Shown piece after piece: positions 59,969 through 64,000 of a DNA stretch of 64,000 nucleotides. Origin of the DNA: an uncultured Flavobacteriales bacterium (GTDB lineage: Bacteria; Bacteroidota; Bacteroidia; Flavobacteriales; Schleiferiaceae); assembly GCA_913055685.1 (NCBI GenBank), contig CAJXKC010000001.1, positions 1,395,734-1,459,733 on the forward strand, written 5' to 3'. The notes beneath the pieces are model-generated. The model had not been told where the DNA came from and made no database searches. It saw only the letters and a list, made by a program, of their open reading frames with translations. Positions within the stretch are counted from its first letter, which is position 1. Every line of letters begins with the position of its first letter. Position numbers and translations under genes: made by a program.

Positions 59969-62356
59969 TTAAACCCAGCGCAGGGTTATTTGGTTAAAGT
60001 TCTCAGGTACTTCAAATTCGTAAGAAGAACCAGAGGTTTTGATATTAGGCTTAAAGCTTTCGGAATTTACTTCCACCGACTTAGGCGCCTGCTCAAAGCC
60101 GTGAAAGATCATTTTATAGTTCTGATATTCGGCCGGCATCCGACCTTCTTTAAATTGAGTAATGCGGTATTTATCTTTAGAAGGAATAACCGTAAAACTC
60201 TTTATCGCATGCATGCCTTGTTTGTGGGCATAGCCATCGTCTTGGTCTTCGTAGAGTTTGCTAATTACCGTTTCTTCACCACGGTAAACATGTAACTCAA
60301 TTGCTTCGCCCTTTTGGGCGGCAGTGTATTGTTTAACCTCGGCGCGCGGAATTATCGCTCCTGCTTTTATGAAAGTCGGTATTTCATTTAGAGGAGTCTG
60401 AATTAGATGTTCTTTTCCGCCGATAAAGATTTCGTTGGAGTAGAGATGGTACCATTTTCCTCTAGGGATATACATGCGTCTGCTTTGGCGATTCGGCTCA
60501 ATAACCGGGCATACCAAGATGTGATCTCCAAATAAAAACTCGTCTTGTCGATACCAGGTTTGTGGATCTTCATGATCAAAGAAGACCAAAGGCCTCAACA
60601 TCGGCTTACCTTCACTACTATATTGGAAGAAGGTCGTGTAGTGATAAGGCAATAATGCGTAGCGCAGTTCAATGGCTTCGCGCACCAAATCGGTTCCTTC
60701 TTCGCCGAAGCTCCAAGGCTCTTGTTCGCCATGGTCTCCAGAAGAGTGGGTGCGCATTAAGGGGTGGAAAACCGCTAATTGCATCCAGCGTACAAAAAGT
60801 TCCATGCTGGGATGCTCAGTAAAGCCACCGATATCGGATCCTACAAAGGAAAAGCCACTTATCGCTAAACGCTGGGCTTGTACATTGGCCACCCAAAGGT
60901 GCTCCCAAGTAGCAATATTATCACCGGTCCATACCGATGAATAACGCTGACCACCAGCATAGGTACTGCGAGTGATAAGGAAAGGACGATTAGGGTAGGC
61001 CGATTTCTTAACGCCGTGGTAAGAAGCGCGACTCATCTGCATGCCATAAACATTATGAGCTTTGCGATGGCTACAAGGATGCCCGTCATAATTATGACGT
61101 ATATCTAAGGGGAAGGTTTTGGTAGGTACATCCATAATGGCCGGCTCATTCATGTCGTTCCAGATGCCAGCTAAGCCCACTTCTTCAATCAGTCCTTTAA
61201 AGAGGCCCGACCACCACTCGCGTACTTCAGGGTTGGTGAAGTCGGGAAAGTAACACTCTCCCGGCCACACTTTGCCCTTATATAATGGACCATCGGCATG
61301 TTTACAGAAATAGCCCCTCTCAAAGCCCTCTTTACATACCTCATAGTCCATATCGACTTTAATTCCCGGGTCAATTATGGCCACGGTTTTAAAGCCCATT
61401 TCTTTAAGTCGGTCTACCATGCCCTTGGGGTCCGGGAAATTCTCCTGGTTCCAAGTAAAGCAGCGGAAGCCGTCCATATAATCAATGTCTAAATAGATTG
61501 CATCGGCAGGAATTTCTAGCTCTCGAAGCTTAGTGGCAATGGCCATCACTTCTTCTTCGCTAGAATAACTCCATTTACATTGATGGTAGCCTAAGGTCCA
61601 TTTTGCCGGCAATTCAGGTTTTCCGGTTAAACGAGAATAACGCTGGGCGATATTCATCAGGCTTGAGCCGGCAATGAAATAATAATTGATTTCTCCTCCT
61701 TCGGCCCAGAAGCTGGTTACATTATTGCGTTCCGAGGCAAAATCGAAAAAGGTGCGAAATGAATTATCGAAAAAGATGCCGTAACAGCCGTCCTTATGAA
61801 GACCATAATAAAAAGGAATGTTCCGGTAAAGTGGATCCGCATCCTTGGCAAAGCCGTATTCATCGGTTCCCCAGTTCTGAAAACGGCGATCACGTAAATT
61901 GAGATTAGTAGGTTTATCTCCTAATCCATAGTAATGCTCGCCCATTAGAGAGCGCTTACTCATTTTTACGATGTTGTCGCCCCTCTGACTATCTTCTTGC
62001 CAGTGAAAACCTTTCTCATCTTCATTGAGCAGTTTACCATGCTCATCATAGATGGAGGTTTTTAAGTCGTGGCGGTTAATATGCGCTTTAATTTTTGGCG
62101 TTGCGAAGATGTAATAATCGCCTTCCTCGCTAATGCTGAACTTACTAAAACCCGAGCGATGGTCTTTATCCATCGCATAGGAGAAGTCATCCGAGAAATA
62201 ACCCTTCGCCGAAAAGCGAAAACGCATAACATGATCGGTAATTACTTCAATTTTTAGCATTACCCCATTATGGCTATGAAGGATAGCGTGAGAGCCATTT
62301 TTTTCAAGCTCTACTACATGGTTGGGAAAATGCTCATTAGGAAGCGAGTGTATCAC
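59969..62356 (-). CDS. Glycoside hydrolase family 31 (alpha-glucosidase)
   Basis: GTG start; LGYHQCKWSY, YLDIDYMD, nucleophile WNDMNEP, acid/base WTGDN, GSDIGGF. Confidence 0.95.
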   Translation of the reverse strand: MIHSLPNEHFPNHVVELEKNGSHAILHSHNGVMLKIEVITDHVMRFRFSAKGYFSDDFSYAMDKDHRSGFSKFSISEEGDYYIFATPKIKAHINRHDLKTSIYDEHGKLLNEDEKGFHWQEDSQRGDNIVKMSKRSLMGEHYYGLGDKPTNLNLRDRRFQNWGTDEYGFAKDADPLYRNIPFYYGLHKDGCYGIFFDNSFRTFFDFASERNNVTSFWAEGGEINYYFIAGSSLMNIAQRYSRLTGKPELPAKWTLGYHQCKWSYSSEEEVMAIATKLRELEIPADAIYLDIDYMDGFRCFTWNQENFPDPKGMVDRLKEMGFKTVAIIDPGIKVDMDYEVCKEGFERGYFCKHADGPLYKGKVWPGECYFPDFTNPEVREWWSGLFKGLIEEVGLAGIWNDMNEPAIMDVPTKTFPLDIRHNYDGHPCSHRKAHNVYGMQMSRASYHGVKKSAYPNRPFLITRSTYAGGQRYSSVWTGDNIATWEHLWVANVQAQRLAISGFSFVGSDIGGFTEHPSMELFVRWMQLAVFHPLMRTHSSGDHGEQEPWSFGEEGTDLVREAIELRYALLPYHYTTFFQYSSEGKPMLRPLVFFDHEDPQTWYRQDEFLFGDHILVCPVIEPNRQSRRMYIPRGKWYHLYSNEIFIGGKEHLIQTPLNEIPTFIKAGAIIPRAEVKQYTAAQKGEAIELHVYRGEETVISKLYEDQDDGYAHKQGMHAIKSFTVIPSKDKYRITQFKEGRMPAEYQNYKMIFHGFEQAPKSVEVNSESFKPNIKTSGSSYEFEVPENFNQITLRWV

Positions 62357-62376
62357 CTTTCTGTTTTTTGGAAAAA

Positions 62377-62384
62377 CGAAAGTA
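62377..62384 (-). promoter_or_regulatory. -7 promoter element for GH31 (variant)
   Basis: Minus strand TACTTTCG (one mismatch). Confidence 0.5.
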
Positions 62385-62402
62385 GATAAAACTTGGGACT
62401 TC

Positions 62403-62420
62403 GTGTAAAAAATACACTAA
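62403..62420. promoter_or_regulatory. Palindromic operator candidate, copy 2 (GH31 promoter)
   Basis: GTGTA-AAAAA-TACAC-TAA. Confidence 0.6.
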
Positions 62421-62476
62421 ATATTTTTTAGAAAAGATTAAGTTATTGGTTCCCAGTCCACAATGGCTGATTTAGC

Positions 62477-63316
62477 TTAATCTTTTCTTTTTCCTAAGGT
62501 TTTGATATCGCGGAAATAGAAATTGTTTTTGGGGTCTAAGGTGAAAACCGGGATGCGGTACTGATTTAAAAGTACCGTCTGAGCAAAATCTTTTCCAAAC
62601 ATCCTCTTTAAGGCACTGTCGCCATGGTGCGGAATCGCAATTAAATCGGATTGCATTTCTTGGGCGTAGTGAATGAGGTAGTCATCAAAGTTTTTGGTTT
62701 CGGGGGCATATTTTACCGTGGCCTCTACACCAAGTTCTTTGAAATATTCGACCGAAACCTCCGCGATTTCTCGGCCTAAGTTCTGCTTGCTTTTATCGCT
62801 ATTCCAGGAAGCGAGGATGTGTACTTGGCTACCCTGGGGCATGGCTAGAGCGGCAGCGGCCTCTAAAATTCGCATATCGTCACTATGCAAGTCAATGGGA
62901 ATGGTAATGTGCTCCATTCTGCTTTTAATGCGATGATCTTCCTGCACAATCATAAAAGGGGTTTCGGCACTAGTGATCAGTCGCAGCGCGCTACTGCTAA
63001 ACTTGCGAACACCATTTTCTACCGGCGGACTACCTAATACTGTGCACACCACCCTTTCGCGCTGGATAAGATCATTTATGATATCCAATATGTCCCCACT
63101 CTCCATTACGATTTCCCAAGGGGCATCATCCAGGATGTACTGTTCACCAATACGCACTAATTTCCTGTAACGTTCCTGTTTATCTGAATCTTTAATGCGT
63201 TTCGGTAAAGCATGTGCCAAAACAATCTCAATATTGAGATTATCGGTAAACTCATCGGTGTACCGGAGAGCATGTTCGGCCGCAGGACTAAAATCTATGG
63301 GGACTACTATTTTCAT
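62477..63316 (-). CDS. Universal stress protein (tandem UspA domains)
   Basis: KIVVPIDFSPAAEHAL, HITIPIDL, DLIAIPHHG, IPVFTL. Confidence 0.85.
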   Translation of the reverse strand: MKIVVPIDFSPAAEHALRYTDEFTDNLNIEIVLAHALPKRIKDSDKQERYRKLVRIGEQYILDDAPWEIVMESGDILDIINDLIQRERVVCTVLGSPPVENGVRKFSSSALRLITSAETPFMIVQEDHRIKSRMEHITIPIDLHSDDMRILEAAAALAMPQGSQVHILASWNSDKSKQNLGREIAEVSVEYFKELGVEATVKYAPETKNFDDYLIHYAQEMQSDLIAIPHHGDSALKRMFGKDFAQTVLLNQYRIPVFTLDPKNNFYFRDIKTLGKRKD

Positions 63317-63460
63317 AAATCAAAAAACCTGGCGATGCAGGAAATGTTTGGGTACTATTTAAAAGCAAAGTGCTTAAGGCTTACAAGATAATCACTGAAG
63401 CCCATTCTTTAAAACTCCAAAAGTGGAGCGGTTAATTTAATTTAACTTCTACTTTACACT

Positions 63461-63480
63461 TAGTGTGAAAAATACACTAA
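63461..63480. promoter_or_regulatory. Palindromic operator candidate, copy 3 (CBM48/USP divergent region)
   Basis: TAGTGTG-AAAAA-TACACTA; 17/18 identical to copy 2; overlaps the TAAGTTTG promoter element. Confidence 0.6.
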
Positions 63481-63485
63481 GTTTG
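63478..63485 (+). promoter_or_regulatory. -7 promoter element for the CBM48 gene
   Basis: TAAGTTTG. Confidence 0.65.
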
Positions 63486-63511
63486 TTCTTGCATTTTAAA
63501 TCTAAACCATC

Positions 63512-63811
63512 ATGGCCTTACGTAAAAAGTATTTGAAGTCGAAGCCGGTTTGCAAGGTGAGCTTCGATTTTCCCAGTGATCGTCTTGCAGAGGAAGTGAA
63601 AGAAGTAGAATTAGTAGCCTCTTTCAACAATTGGGAACCCATTAGCTTGCGAAAAGCGAAGGGTACCTTTACGCGTACAATCGATTTAGAAGCGGGTTCC
63701 AATTACGAATTCCGCTACCGAGTGAACGGTGAAATTTGGGAGAATGATGAAGCGGCAGACGCCTATCAGCCCAATGGTATTGACGGAGATAACTCGGTGC
63801 TAGTCCTTTAA
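63512..63811 (+). CDS. Isoamylase early-set / CBM48 glycogen-binding domain protein
   Basis: KPVCKVSF, VELVASFNNW, YEFRYRVNGEIWEND, NSVLVL. Confidence 0.88.
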   Translation: MALRKKYLKSKPVCKVSFDFPSDRLAEEVKEVELVASFNNWEPISLRKAKGTFTRTIDLEAGSNYEFRYRVNGEIWENDEAADAYQPNGIDGDNSVLVL

Positions 63812-64000
63812 GATTTTTTCTTGTAGACCAGTGCGGCTAGGGGAGCAAGGTTTAATTTTAAGCCTTGCTTCCGGCCGTGACTCGCTTTTTTCTCGCTTTC
63901 CAAACGACTCTTCACCTTATAATTACTGCCCCAGTAATTAGAGGCATCGCCATTAAAGACTAGTTCGTATTTACCCGGATTATTAATTCCGATGCGGTAA
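63808..64000 (-). CDS. glgB: 1,4-alpha-glucan branching enzyme, C-terminal fragment (gene continues beyond the window); absent from the ORF track
   Basis: Hand translation YRIGINNPGKYELVFNGDASNYWGSN...HGRKQGLKLNLAPLAALVYKKKS* resembles the GlgB C-terminal beta-domain. Confidence 0.8.
   Translation of the reverse strand, partial: YRIGINNPGKYELVFNGDASNYWGSNYKVKSRLESEKKASHGRKQGLKLNLAPLAALVYKKKS

Noticed and set aside
63314-63328. GTTTTTTG-ATTT-ATG at the USP gene as another leaderless promoter
   Set aside because: Lacks the conserved TA; too weak to count

Overview
Core-genome window from a Bacteroidota bacterium. The lineage call rests on TAnnTTTG promoters, T9SS cargo proteins, SD-less ribosomal genes and fusA running directly into rpsJ; a Flavobacteriales-like assignment is inference. 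Layout: (1) 1-14.5 kb: 3' end of fusA and the complete S10-spc-alpha ribosomal cluster, including a 38-aa L36 missed by the ORF track. (2) carA-eno-citrate synthase; the synthase is of the mitochondrial/eukaryote type. (3) rpsA, an orphan sensor kinase, Nif3, a Cys-less zinc-ribbon protein, lgt and assorted envelope genes, including three T9SS-secreted proteins. (4) A methionine/SAM locus: metK under a SAM-II-type riboswitch, and split metH plus metF under a SAM-I riboswitch. (5) PhoH, pckA, saccharopine dehydrogenase, rpsP-rimM-tRNA methylase, a two-component pair, and a glycogen/alpha-glucan cluster ending in partial glgB. I found no tRNA, rRNA, CRISPR array, IS element or prophage. The most interesting signals are non-coding: a palindrome (TAGTGTA-N5-TACACTA) repeated at the promoters of pckA, a GH31 alpha-glucosidase and a CBM48 gene (candidate carbon-flux regulon); clear anti-aptamer switch strands in both SAM riboswitch leaders, which lack intrinsic terminators and SD sites and share an identical 12-mer; a CRP/FNR-like box at about -41.5 of pckA; and several promoters placed to give leaderless mRNAs. 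All calls were made by eye, without database searches.
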